In this document: positions 28,040-34,514 of the stretch, piece by piece
How the letters are laid out: each line of letters starts with the position of its first letter
Numbering within the stretch: position 1 is the first letter of the stretch
Origin: Ignavibacteriales bacterium
GTDB lineage: Bacteria; Bacteroidota; Ignavibacteria; Ignavibacteriales; Melioribacteraceae
Direction: 5' to 3'
Length of the DNA: 34,514 nt
Assembly: GCA_020059785.1 (NCBI GenBank)
Contig: JAGVBL010000103.1
Span: forward strand, 1-34,514
The notes under the pieces: generated by a model
What the model saw: only the letters and a program-made list of their open reading frames with translations
The model's database searches: none
What the model was told of the DNA's origin: nothing
Position numbers and translations under genes: made by a program

Positions 28040-28879
28040 TTAATGCTCTTGATGATATGCCATACCTATAAATAGCGATGACAACATTGTAAATATATAT
28101 GCCTGAATTAGTGCGACTAAAATTTCAAGCAAGAAAATAAACAATGCAAACGAAATCGAAACCGGAACTACAAAATACGTCCTTAAAATAAATATCAATC
28201 CAAGTAATGCCATTATAACAATATGACCGGCAGTCATGTTTGCAAAAAGACGAATTGCCAATGCAAACGGTTTGGTAAACAATCCTAACAGTTCAACTAC
28301 AAACATTATAGGAAGCAGCCACATCGGAATTCCGTGTGGAATTAATCCTTTGAAATATCCGAAGAATCCATTCTTCATAATTCCGCCAATCTGAATTACA
28401 AAAAAGGAAATAGTTGCTAATGTTGCAGTTACAGAAATATTACTTGTGGCAGTTGAACCGTAAGGTATAAGACCTAAAAAGTTACATGTTAGAATAAAGA
28501 AAAATACAGTAAGTAAATACGGTAAAAACTTTTCGAAACCGTGACCAATCGTTGGTCTGGCAATTTCATCACGGACAAATACAATAAGTATTTCAAGCAA
28601 ATTAGTTATGCCGCGGGGTACAAGAGATTTCTGATAAGATTTTCTTGCCACAATAAATGCAAGAACCAGTAAGATAACCGCAATCCACATAAATACAACG
28701 TGCTTGGTAATAGAAAGATCCATTCCAAACAAATGAATTTGCGGTAAATGAATTATGCCGAATGGGGTTAAATCCAGTTCACGCGCATCCAAAACATGGT
28801 GCATTATCCATCCGGTATCCTGGCTACCCGAGGCTGCTTTTAATGTGTCTGTTACAATGGTTGAATCAGATGTCCACAT
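28040..28879 (-). CDS. atpB: F0F1 ATP synthase subunit a
   Basis: 279 aa. It has the conserved ...FALAIRLFANMTAGHIV... motif (essential Arg) and is polytopic. Confidence 0.92.
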   Translation of the reverse strand: MWTSDSTIVTDTLKAASGSQDTGWIMHHVLDARELDLTPFGIIHLPQIHLFGMDLSITKHVVFMWIAVILLVLAFIVARKSYQKSLVPRGITNLLEILIVFVRDEIARPTIGHGFEKFLPYLLTVFFFILTCNFLGLIPYGSTATSNISVTATLATISFFVIQIGGIMKNGFFGYFKGLIPHGIPMWLLPIMFVVELLGLFTKPFALAIRLFANMTAGHIVIMALLGLIFILRTYFVVPVSISFALFIFLLEILVALIQAYIFTMLSSLFIGMAYHQEH

Positions 28880-28897
28880 TTACTTGATTTTTTAGGA

Positions 28898-29275
28898 TTA
28901 TGTGACTTTTTCAGCTTTTTTCTTAAACAAAACTATTTCATATGTAAGAAACAAGATATACCATATGAAGAGTGCAAATATAAACGCATATTTGTCAATA
29001 TTCAAGAATTTTATCACTACAAACACACCAATAAGTGTCAATATAAGCCGGAAAGCCATACCGCCAAGATTGTAAATGAGGAAAGTCTTATTGTTTTTAT
29101 TCTTTGAATACTCCCAGAAAATTAGAAAAAAGGTAAAATTTATCATCATAATTATGCTGGCATAAAAAACAGAATCTCTAAAGACAGTGGTAATAACTTG
29201 ATAATGATGCATAACTAAAAGGCATAGTATGCAAATTGCGGGAAGTAGTAAGGGGTATTTAATTTTTCTTATCAA
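28898..29275 (-). CDS. Hypothetical polytopic membrane protein in the AtpI position of the atp operon
   Basis: 125 aa with about 4 hydrophobic helices. It lies between atpZ and atpB and overlaps atpZ by 17 nt. The assignment rests on position only. Confidence 0.5.
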   Translation of the reverse strand: MIRKIKYPLLLPAICILCLLVMHHYQVITTVFRDSVFYASIIMMINFTFFLIFWEYSKNKNNKTFLIYNLGGMAFRLILTLIGVFVVIKFLNIDKYAFIFALFIWYILFLTYEIVLFKKKAEKVT

Positions 29276-29507
29276 TTTTCTTGTTGAGGGTTAAAACAGT
29301 TTTAATAAAATTATAAATTCCGGCAAATCCGCCTATAAGTGAGAAAGCGATCATTAAAAAAGGTTCTGTATTGAATTGATTATCTAACCATCTACCAAGA
29401 AAAAACATTAAGATGATAGTTGCAGCAAGTTGAGTTCCAAGACCAAGGTAAGGTCCAATTTTTCTATAACTATCAGAAAATTTTGAAGTGTAATTCTCTT
29501 CACTCAT
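29259..29507 (-). CDS. AtpZ/AtpI-family protein (ATPase_gene1)
   Basis: 82 aa with two TM helices. ...YLGLGTQLAATIILMFFLGRWLDNQFNTEPFLMIAFSLIGGFAGIYNFIK is typical of AtpZ. It lies upstream of the atp genes. Confidence 0.7.
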   Translation of the reverse strand: MSEENYTSKFSDSYRKIGPYLGLGTQLAATIILMFFLGRWLDNQFNTEPFLMIAFSLIGGFAGIYNFIKTVLTLNKKIDKKN

Positions 29508-29872
29508 TCAAATACTTTGGGTTCAGACTTGTTCTGATCCATAGAACTGCGCCCATCGAAAAAGGCACCTTCTTCAATTATTAATGTTCTTGCAGTAAGA
29601 TCACCTTTAAGAACAGATTTGGATTCCAATCGTAATTTTTCATCAACCATTACTTTCCCTTCAATTTGACCGCTCATAGTTATACTTCGGGCTTTAACTT
29701 CACCTTTAATATGGGATGTATCGCCCAATGTAAGGTTGCCGCTAACCGAAATGTTTCCATTGATAATGCCATCAATTCTAACGTTACCTTCACTTTTTAA
29801 GTCGCCAATAATTGTAACTCCGTTACTTATAATACTAACATCTTCTGAATGAGAATCTTTTTTAGCAGCCAT
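29504..29872 (-). CDS. Bactofilin (polymer-forming cytoskeletal protein, DUF583)
   Basis: The beta-helical repeat pattern reads IISNGVTIIGDLKSEGNVRIDGIINGNISVSGNLTLGDTSHIKGEVKARSITMSGQIEGKVMVDEKLRLESKSVLKGDL. I chose ATG 29872 (AGGAG 6 nt upstream) over the tracked ATG 29878, whose SD is directly adjacent. The stop overlaps the atpZ start (ATGA). Confidence 0.85.
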   Translation of the reverse strand: MAAKKDSHSEDVSIISNGVTIIGDLKSEGNVRIDGIINGNISVSGNLTLGDTSHIKGEVKARSITMSGQIEGKVMVDEKLRLESKSVLKGDLTARTLIIEEGAFFDGRSSMDQNKSEPKVFE

Positions 29873-29881
29873 TTGCATCTC

Positions 29882-30712
29882 CTATTTAATTAAAATTTCT
29901 TCGGGATTTATTGGTTTTCCATTATGCCAGATTTCGAAATGAAGATGTGGACCGGTAGTATTCTTACCCGAATTACCGCTTAAAGCAATCAATTCACCTT
30001 GTCTTACAAAATCGCGCTGTTTTTTTAATAGCGATGAACAATGCTTATAAAGCGTAATATAACCGTTATCATGGTTAATAATTATCATATAACCGTTTTC
30101 GTAAGTATAATCGGAAAAGACAACCATTCCGCCACTTGATGCATAAACAGGCGTTCCGGAAGGGACACCATAATCAATTCCGATATGACCTTTTTCAGAA
30201 TTAAATTTCTGAGTTATAATACCTGTAACCGGTTCTAAAAAAATTAAGTTAGAATTTGATTGAAGGTTTTTATTGAATAGATCAACAATTACACGAAAAA
30301 TGTTACCGCCTACAGGAAGTTTTTTGTGGATTGTTTTTTTAAGAGTATCGTAAAGTGGATTTGAAGAATTTATTGAATCGGTCTTTGCTAATTTAAGTGC
30401 ATACTTCATTCGTTCGTTTGTACTGGCAATTTTTTGAAGCTGACCGTTTAACAATTCGACCTTGCTCTGTAGATCATTAATTTTATTCCGCTGCGCTATT
30501 AGTTCCTGATTATCCAGCACAAAAATAAAATCCTTTAGCGGGGTAACTGAAAGTATAAAAATTAATACAAGCCATGCAATAAAAGTGTATATCAGTGTAT
30601 ATGCAGTAATTCGGAACAAACTGAATTTATAACTCTTTGTAGAAGAATCGGGATAATTTGGAGTTACATAAAAAGTTGTTTTTCTAATAAAATTCCACTT
30701 AAACCACTTCAT
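29882..30712 (-). CDS. M23-family (LytM-domain) peptidoglycan endopeptidase, membrane-anchored with a coiled coil
   Basis: 276 aa. It has a short N-terminal tail, a TM helix (ITAYTLIYTFIAWLVLIFILSV), a coiled-coil-like segment (NDLQSKVELLNGQLQKI), and an M23 domain with intact HxxxD (HIGIDY) and HxH (GPHLHFE). Confidence 0.85.
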   Translation of the reverse strand: MKWFKWNFIRKTTFYVTPNYPDSSTKSYKFSLFRITAYTLIYTFIAWLVLIFILSVTPLKDFIFVLDNQELIAQRNKINDLQSKVELLNGQLQKIASTNERMKYALKLAKTDSINSSNPLYDTLKKTIHKKLPVGGNIFRVIVDLFNKNLQSNSNLIFLEPVTGIITQKFNSEKGHIGIDYGVPSGTPVYASSGGMVVFSDYTYENGYMIIINHDNGYITLYKHCSSLLKKQRDFVRQGELIALSGNSGKNTTGPHLHFEIWHNGKPINPEEILIK

Positions 30713-30734
30713 TTCATTTCCTTAATGAGCGAAA

Positions 30735-30742
30735 CAAATATA
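30735..30742 (-). promoter_or_regulatory. Candidate -7 box TATATTTG for the M23-bactofilin-atp transcription unit
   Basis: The plus strand reads CAAATATA, which is TATATTTG on the minus strand. It lies in the only sizeable gap (42 nt) of this part of the array and ends 22 nt upstream of ATG 30712. Confidence 0.35.
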
Positions 30743-30754
30743 TAAATTTGAGAG

Positions 30755-31795
30755 CTATTTTTCTTGGGGAATAAGGATTTGATTTATCTTTTCGATTACT
30801 AAATCAGGCAATAATTTTAATCCGCATTCAAAAGTATTTATAGGACATTTTCTTTTCCCATGGATTCCGCACGGTTTGCATTTTAATCCATCCACAGATA
30901 AAGAAATGCTTTCCCGATTGTACGGATAGAAACCAAATCCCGGTATGGTAGAACAATACAAAGTAATCACAGGAATATCTGCTGCCATTCCCATGTGTGT
31001 GGGTGCACTATCGTTACATATTAGTAATTTTGATTTCCGCAACAGTTGAACTGACTCAATAATATTTAATCTTCCGGCAAGATTAATTGAACCGGTGTAG
31101 TTTTTCTTATTTAGCCGATCACATATTTCAAAATCGCTTTGTCCTCCAATAAATGCAACGGAATAATTTTTCTTAATTAGATATTCCGTTATTATTTCAA
31201 AATATTCTTCAGGATATTTTTTTGTTTGCCAGACCGAACCCGGGGCAATAGTTACGACAGGTTTAGAGACGTCTTTTAATAAATCGTTTACTTTTTTTTC
31301 AATCTCATTAGAAGTATTCATCTCCGGGAGAATTTTCCAATTCTCATTTTCAACATTAATACCAGCAAGTTTAAGATTCCGATTTACTTCATGTTCGGTT
31401 TTATCATATCTAATTGTGCGGTTATAAACAAAACTAAATGATGCGTTATCGAAACCAAATGAGTTCTCAACGTTCAGTAGTAAAACCAGAAGTGTGGTTC
31501 TGAATGAACGGTGCGGTGAATAAATTCTTGTGTAATTACTTTTCTTAAGTTGAATAGCAAATCGAATTAATTGCAGTATTGATTTATGTTTCCCTTTTTT
31601 ATGGAACGGAATTACATTATCCACGTAAGGCGAGCATTCAAATATTTCTTTTGTTGTTGGAATAGATATAACATCTATTGAGCTGTTGGGAAATTTTTCC
31701 TTTAACTTTTGAATCATGGGCAAAGTCAGAATTGCATCCCCAAGAAATGCCGTTTGTATTACAAGTATTTTCTCTTTACCGGTTAATATTTCCAA
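30755..31795 (-). CDS. Glycosyltransferase family 9 (LPS heptosyltransferase-like)
   Basis: 346 aa. It has KILVIQTAFLGDAILTLPMIQ (the GT9 N-terminal signature) and C-terminal ...LLICNDSAPTHMGMAADIPVITLY. The start is TTG and overlaps the upstream gene. Confidence 0.8.
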   Translation of the reverse strand: MEILTGKEKILVIQTAFLGDAILTLPMIQKLKEKFPNSSIDVISIPTTKEIFECSPYVDNVIPFHKKGKHKSILQLIRFAIQLKKSNYTRIYSPHRSFRTTLLVLLLNVENSFGFDNASFSFVYNRTIRYDKTEHEVNRNLKLAGINVENENWKILPEMNTSNEIEKKVNDLLKDVSKPVVTIAPGSVWQTKKYPEEYFEIITEYLIKKNYSVAFIGGQSDFEICDRLNKKNYTGSINLAGRLNIIESVQLLRKSKLLICNDSAPTHMGMAADIPVITLYCSTIPGFGFYPYNRESISLSVDGLKCKPCGIHGKRKCPINTFECGLKLLPDLVIEKINQILIPQEK

Positions 31796-32661
31796 AGTTT
31801 ATGCATCCAGAAATATTGTTCGGGAGTTTCTTTAACATGTTCTTCGAGCAGACTTATATAATTTTGTGTTAATAGAGAAATACGGTCTTCCTCCAATTCC
31901 GGTAAACTTGAAAGGTCTAATTCTCTTATGGTAAGCTTATAAGTAAAATCCTTTTTGCGTTGAATTAAGCCAATCAATAATTCACACTTTGTTCTATTGA
32001 CTATAGCAGCGGTTCCCGTATAATATGCTGTGGGCTGATTAAAGAAATTAAACCTCGGTCCATCCTTGTGTCCACGCTGATCGCCAGCTATTAAAACGAC
32101 CTCCCCTTTTGTTAGAGCTTGATAAATAGATTTAACCGAAACACCCGTTGGAATTATTTTGGTATGAGCAACATGCCGTGTTTCTTCAAGCCACTTTGTT
32201 ATATACGGATTACGCTGTGGTTTTACAAGAACATTAAATTTTCCATCCAACTTTGGAGCTAAATAAGAAATAATAAATTCCCAATTACCGAAATGTGCGG
32301 TTAATAAAATTATTCCTTTTCCGCTTTCAAGTTTTTCTTCAATTAAGTTAAGCCCCGAACATTCAACTTGACTATCAATTACCGATTGAGACAGATGAGG
32401 AATAATCATTAATTCGAAAAATGTAATTGTAATACTCTGATAATTCTTTCGGGCAATAGAACGGATTTCTGATTTTGATTTTTGTGGAAATGCTTTTTGA
32501 AGATTTGATATTGCAGTACTTCGCCTAATAGGAATAAAATAATAAATAAAAATTCCAACTCCGGAAGCAAATTTTCGTGTTTTTTCGAGTCCCAGTTTAT
32601 TCAATACAAAGAGAATTGAACGGAATAAGAAATACTCGATTTTATTTTTGTCTATTTTCAA
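31783..32661 (-). CDS. Lipid A biosynthesis (LpxL/HtrB-family) lysophospholipid acyltransferase
   Basis: 292 aa. It has an N-terminal hydrophobic segment, the catalytic ...LLTAHFGNWEF... (HX4D/E-type) motif and ...GDQRG.... The C-terminus PEQYFWMHKLWK is typical of the family. Confidence 0.8.
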   Translation of the reverse strand: MKIDKNKIEYFLFRSILFVLNKLGLEKTRKFASGVGIFIYYFIPIRRSTAISNLQKAFPQKSKSEIRSIARKNYQSITITFFELMIIPHLSQSVIDSQVECSGLNLIEEKLESGKGIILLTAHFGNWEFIISYLAPKLDGKFNVLVKPQRNPYITKWLEETRHVAHTKIIPTGVSVKSIYQALTKGEVVLIAGDQRGHKDGPRFNFFNQPTAYYTGTAAIVNRTKCELLIGLIQRKKDFTYKLTIRELDLSSLPELEEDRISLLTQNYISLLEEHVKETPEQYFWMHKLWKY

Positions 32662-32664
32662 TTT

Positions 32665-34038
32665 TTATAGAGTAGTTATTCTTCTCATCCAGTTTTCGTC
32701 CTTATATTCTCCCCTCATTGTAGAATGTAGAAGTTCATAATTCCCGAAACCGGTAAGGTCGCCAAAAATAAATGAAACGCCTCCTTCAATTCCGCTATAG
32801 AACCAGACTTCATAAGGTTTCAAATTCGCTTCACTCGGGAAATAATCTTTCTGATCGGGTTCACCATATAATAAATAGACTCTTCCCCTATCGCTTAAAT
32901 AACCGGCTTTCATTCTGGTAGTAAAATTACTATTAACATATTCAATTCTTTTCATGTATTCAATTTTAAATTCATTTATTGGAGTAGAAAGATCCGTATC
33001 GCGGTTTTTCCAGAACCTGTAGAGAAATTCTCTCTTTGCATTCAACGAGTCGATTAATTTATACTGATTAACTTCTGTATTTGATGCAATATATTTTGCT
33101 TGCTGGAACATCAGGTCGCATTCTTCAACAGTCATTAATGCAAATTCACTACCAATAAAACTTCCGCTAATCCTCTGCAATTGTTCTGTGCTTGTTACAC
33201 CCGGATTATGAAGGAAAAATCTTTTTGATGAAACATAAGCACGCTTTGTTTTATTATCGATCAAACTGAATTCAAGATTGTATGAATCGGTAGGAAGTTT
33301 TGATAGATTTATAAGTCCATATTCAACAATCGAGTTAGAACTCTGGCTTACTTGTTTTTCGGTTTTATAAACAGACTGACTAAAACTGTTAAAAATATTT
33401 TTTTGTAATGTAAAATTAGATGATGGATCTTCCAGATTTAGGTTATACAATTCAGAATAGAAAAATAGAATCGGGCTTTTATCAGAATAAACCATTGATG
33501 GATTTGGAATAACTTCAAGCGAGTTTTTATAAAAGAGAGAGAGTGGATCAGCATCAATTTTTTTTATGTTAGCTGATAATTCAATATCACTTACCGCAAA
33601 TTTTTTATTCTCGTATGGTTGAATAAAAAGTTTCTCATTTATAGTCTTATTTAATGCGGGGTTATTTGCATCATAAGCATTTACCAATAGCGAGTATTCA
33701 CCGCCCGGTATAATAAAACCGAATACTCCTACCAGGTTCTTATCAATACCGTCTTCTTCATTAATAATATTTTGAATCTTCCAGTCCTTTTTGATAAAGA
33801 AAGTATCGGCTTTAATATCCTTCATTTCAATCCTAACAATTGCTTCCAGAAGTTTGCCGGATGGGGTTTCTGTTACTTTCATATTTTTAGGATTAAGATC
33901 GTAATAGAATTCCATAAAAACTGAGGAGGAATCGAACTTGAACTTAGCAAAATCGAATTCAAATTTAAGCTCGTTCTGTGCAAATCCTGCAGATGTTAAA
34001 AAGATTGCAGACAGAAAAGTAAAAAGTAATTTTTTCAT
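32665..34038 (-). CDS. GWxTD-domain-like secreted protein (variant motif GYLSDRG)
   Basis: The ORF was trimmed to ATG 34038 (GAGGAG upstream), giving the signal peptide MKKLLFTFLSAIFLTSAGFAQ. The C-terminal ...FWKNRD...AGYLSDRGRVYLLYGEPDQKDY...PYEVWFY matches the GWxTD family pattern from memory. Confidence 0.6.
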   Translation of the reverse strand: MKKLLFTFLSAIFLTSAGFAQNELKFEFDFAKFKFDSSSVFMEFYYDLNPKNMKVTETPSGKLLEAIVRIEMKDIKADTFFIKKDWKIQNIINEEDGIDKNLVGVFGFIIPGGEYSLLVNAYDANNPALNKTINEKLFIQPYENKKFAVSDIELSANIKKIDADPLSLFYKNSLEVIPNPSMVYSDKSPILFFYSELYNLNLEDPSSNFTLQKNIFNSFSQSVYKTEKQVSQSSNSIVEYGLINLSKLPTDSYNLEFSLIDNKTKRAYVSSKRFFLHNPGVTSTEQLQRISGSFIGSEFALMTVEECDLMFQQAKYIASNTEVNQYKLIDSLNAKREFLYRFWKNRDTDLSTPINEFKIEYMKRIEYVNSNFTTRMKAGYLSDRGRVYLLYGEPDQKDYFPSEANLKPYEVWFYSGIEGGVSFIFGDLTGFGNYELLHSTMRGEYKDENWMRRITTL

Positions 34039-34143
34039 TAATCTTCTCCTCAAGTTTATAAATTTCCGGAAAGTTAAATAACTAATAATACGTTATTTAT
34101 CAATCCATAAAGAATTTCAGAAAAATGTAAAACAAGCATCTTT

Positions 34144-34182
34144 AAAATAAAAAAACCCGAGCACCTAACATAGGTGCTCAGG
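34144..34182 (-). terminator. Rho-independent terminator after the partial outer-membrane protein gene
   Basis: CCCGAGCACCTA (34156-34167) pairs with TAGGTGCTCAGG (34171-34182), giving 11 of 12 pairs and a 3-nt loop. The stem is followed on the minus strand by TTTTTTTATTTT. A T5 run is also present on the plus side. Confidence 0.8.
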
Positions 34183-34202
34183 TTTTTAAAGCTATTTACA
34201 AA

Positions 34203-34514
34203 TTACAATCCTAATTGAATTGTAAATATGTGATTATCCTCGAAGAATTTGGTCTGTCTGAACGCATAATCAACTTTAATCTTTGTTCCGCCTAAATCGT
34301 ACTTTAGACCAAGACCTGCGGTTAAGCCGTAGATATTAGCATCTGCATTATCCAATTCGGGTAGGAACATATATCCGCCTCTTACAAAGAACATGTCGTT
34401 AAGACCATATTCCATACCCAATCTAACTTCATCACCATAGTAGTTAGCATTCTGGTATGTTCCGGCAAGCTGCAGATAATTAGAAGCATTAAATACAAGA
34501 TTATAGCTCATACC
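34203..34514 (-). CDS. Outer-membrane beta-barrel protein, C-terminal fragment (gene starts beyond the window end)
   Basis: The frame is open to the window edge. It has amphipathic beta-strand alternation with aromatic girdle residues (...YGLTAGLGLKYDL..KIKVDYAFRQ...IFTIQLGL). A PorV/PorQ-like family is possible but unverified. Confidence 0.55.
   Translation of the reverse strand, partial: GMSYNLVFNASNYLQLAGTYQNANYYGDEVRLGMEYGLNDMFFVRGGYMFLPELDNADANIYGLTAGLGLKYDLGGTKIKVDYAFRQTKFFEDNHIFTIQLGL

Noticed and set aside
30743-30750. Plus-strand TAAATTTG immediately adjacent to the minus-strand box, considered as an antisense promoter into the GT9 gene
   Set aside because: No plus-strand gene or RNA candidate follows it. 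It is probably a chance consequence of the AT-rich near-palindromic spacer CAAATATATAAATTTG.
2386-31872. Twenty-seven short ORFs (62-122 aa) from the six-frame track: 2386..2598, 3028..3267, 3515..3748, 5410..5727, 5788..6144, 8046..8270, 8780..9142, 9411..9695, 9960..10169, 10826..11023, 11348..11575, 11572..11787, 11606..11794, 12747..12944, 12755..12994, 13455..13823, 18306..18566, 18765..19016, 20335..20544, 21350..21556, 21753..21980, 23425..23736, 24758..25084, 26195..26395, 26760..26996, 27494..27772, 31678..31872
   Set aside because: Each lies largely inside, out of frame with, or antisense to a longer ORF that has clear family signatures. Their sequences are low-complexity (Ile/Leu/Phe/Ser/Asn/Lys-rich), as expected for shadow frames in AT-rich DNA. 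None has a convincing SD with a start codon.
1-34514. CRISPR arrays, IS/transposase genes, integrases, phage genes, toxin-antitoxin pairs or restriction/defence genes
   Set aside because: I saw no spaced direct-repeat array, no terminal inverted repeats and no ORF with transposase, integrase or defence signatures. The window reads as conserved core genome.

Overview
This is an AT-rich (about one-third G+C by eye) chromosomal core region with no CRISPR array, rRNA, tRNA or recognisable mobile element. Gene content suggests an FCB-group bacterium (Ignavibacteria/Bacteroidota-like): a GWxTD-type protein, DUF3467, an atpZ-led atp operon without atpDC, and TAnnTTTG promoter boxes; this placement is inference. 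From left to right the window holds: the 5' part of tmRNA running off the window start; a minus-strand unit (M20 peptidase, lipoprotein, YgfZ-like folate protein, PduO-type adenosyltransferase); lptF/lptG-family permeases; a tight four-gene minus-strand cluster (secreted protein, FecR-domain protein, ~795-aa outer-membrane beta-barrel, CHASE2 class III adenylate cyclase); DUF3467 and a TPR lipoprotein; a plus-strand add-orf-hutU-serA-like block; and a ~13.6 kb co-directional minus-strand array (GWxTD protein, LpxL-family acyltransferase, GT9 heptosyltransferase, M23 peptidase, bactofilin, atpZ, atpI-position gene, atpBEFHAG, ffh, rpsP, KH protein, rimM, trmD, rplS). The best candidate for an undescribed system is the FecR / beta-barrel / CHASE2-cyclase cluster, a possible envelope-spanning cAMP signalling module with its own promoter and operator-like repeats. 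Four genes (ffh, an lptG-type permease, the beta-barrel and the FecR gene) are each broken by a single missing base in an A/T run. Because essential ffh is among them, this looks like homopolymer sequencing or assembly error rather than biology. A Bacteroidetes-type -7 box (TAnnTTTG) sits upstream of seven inferred transcription-unit starts, while clear Shine-Dalgarno sequences precede many of the start codons I checked.
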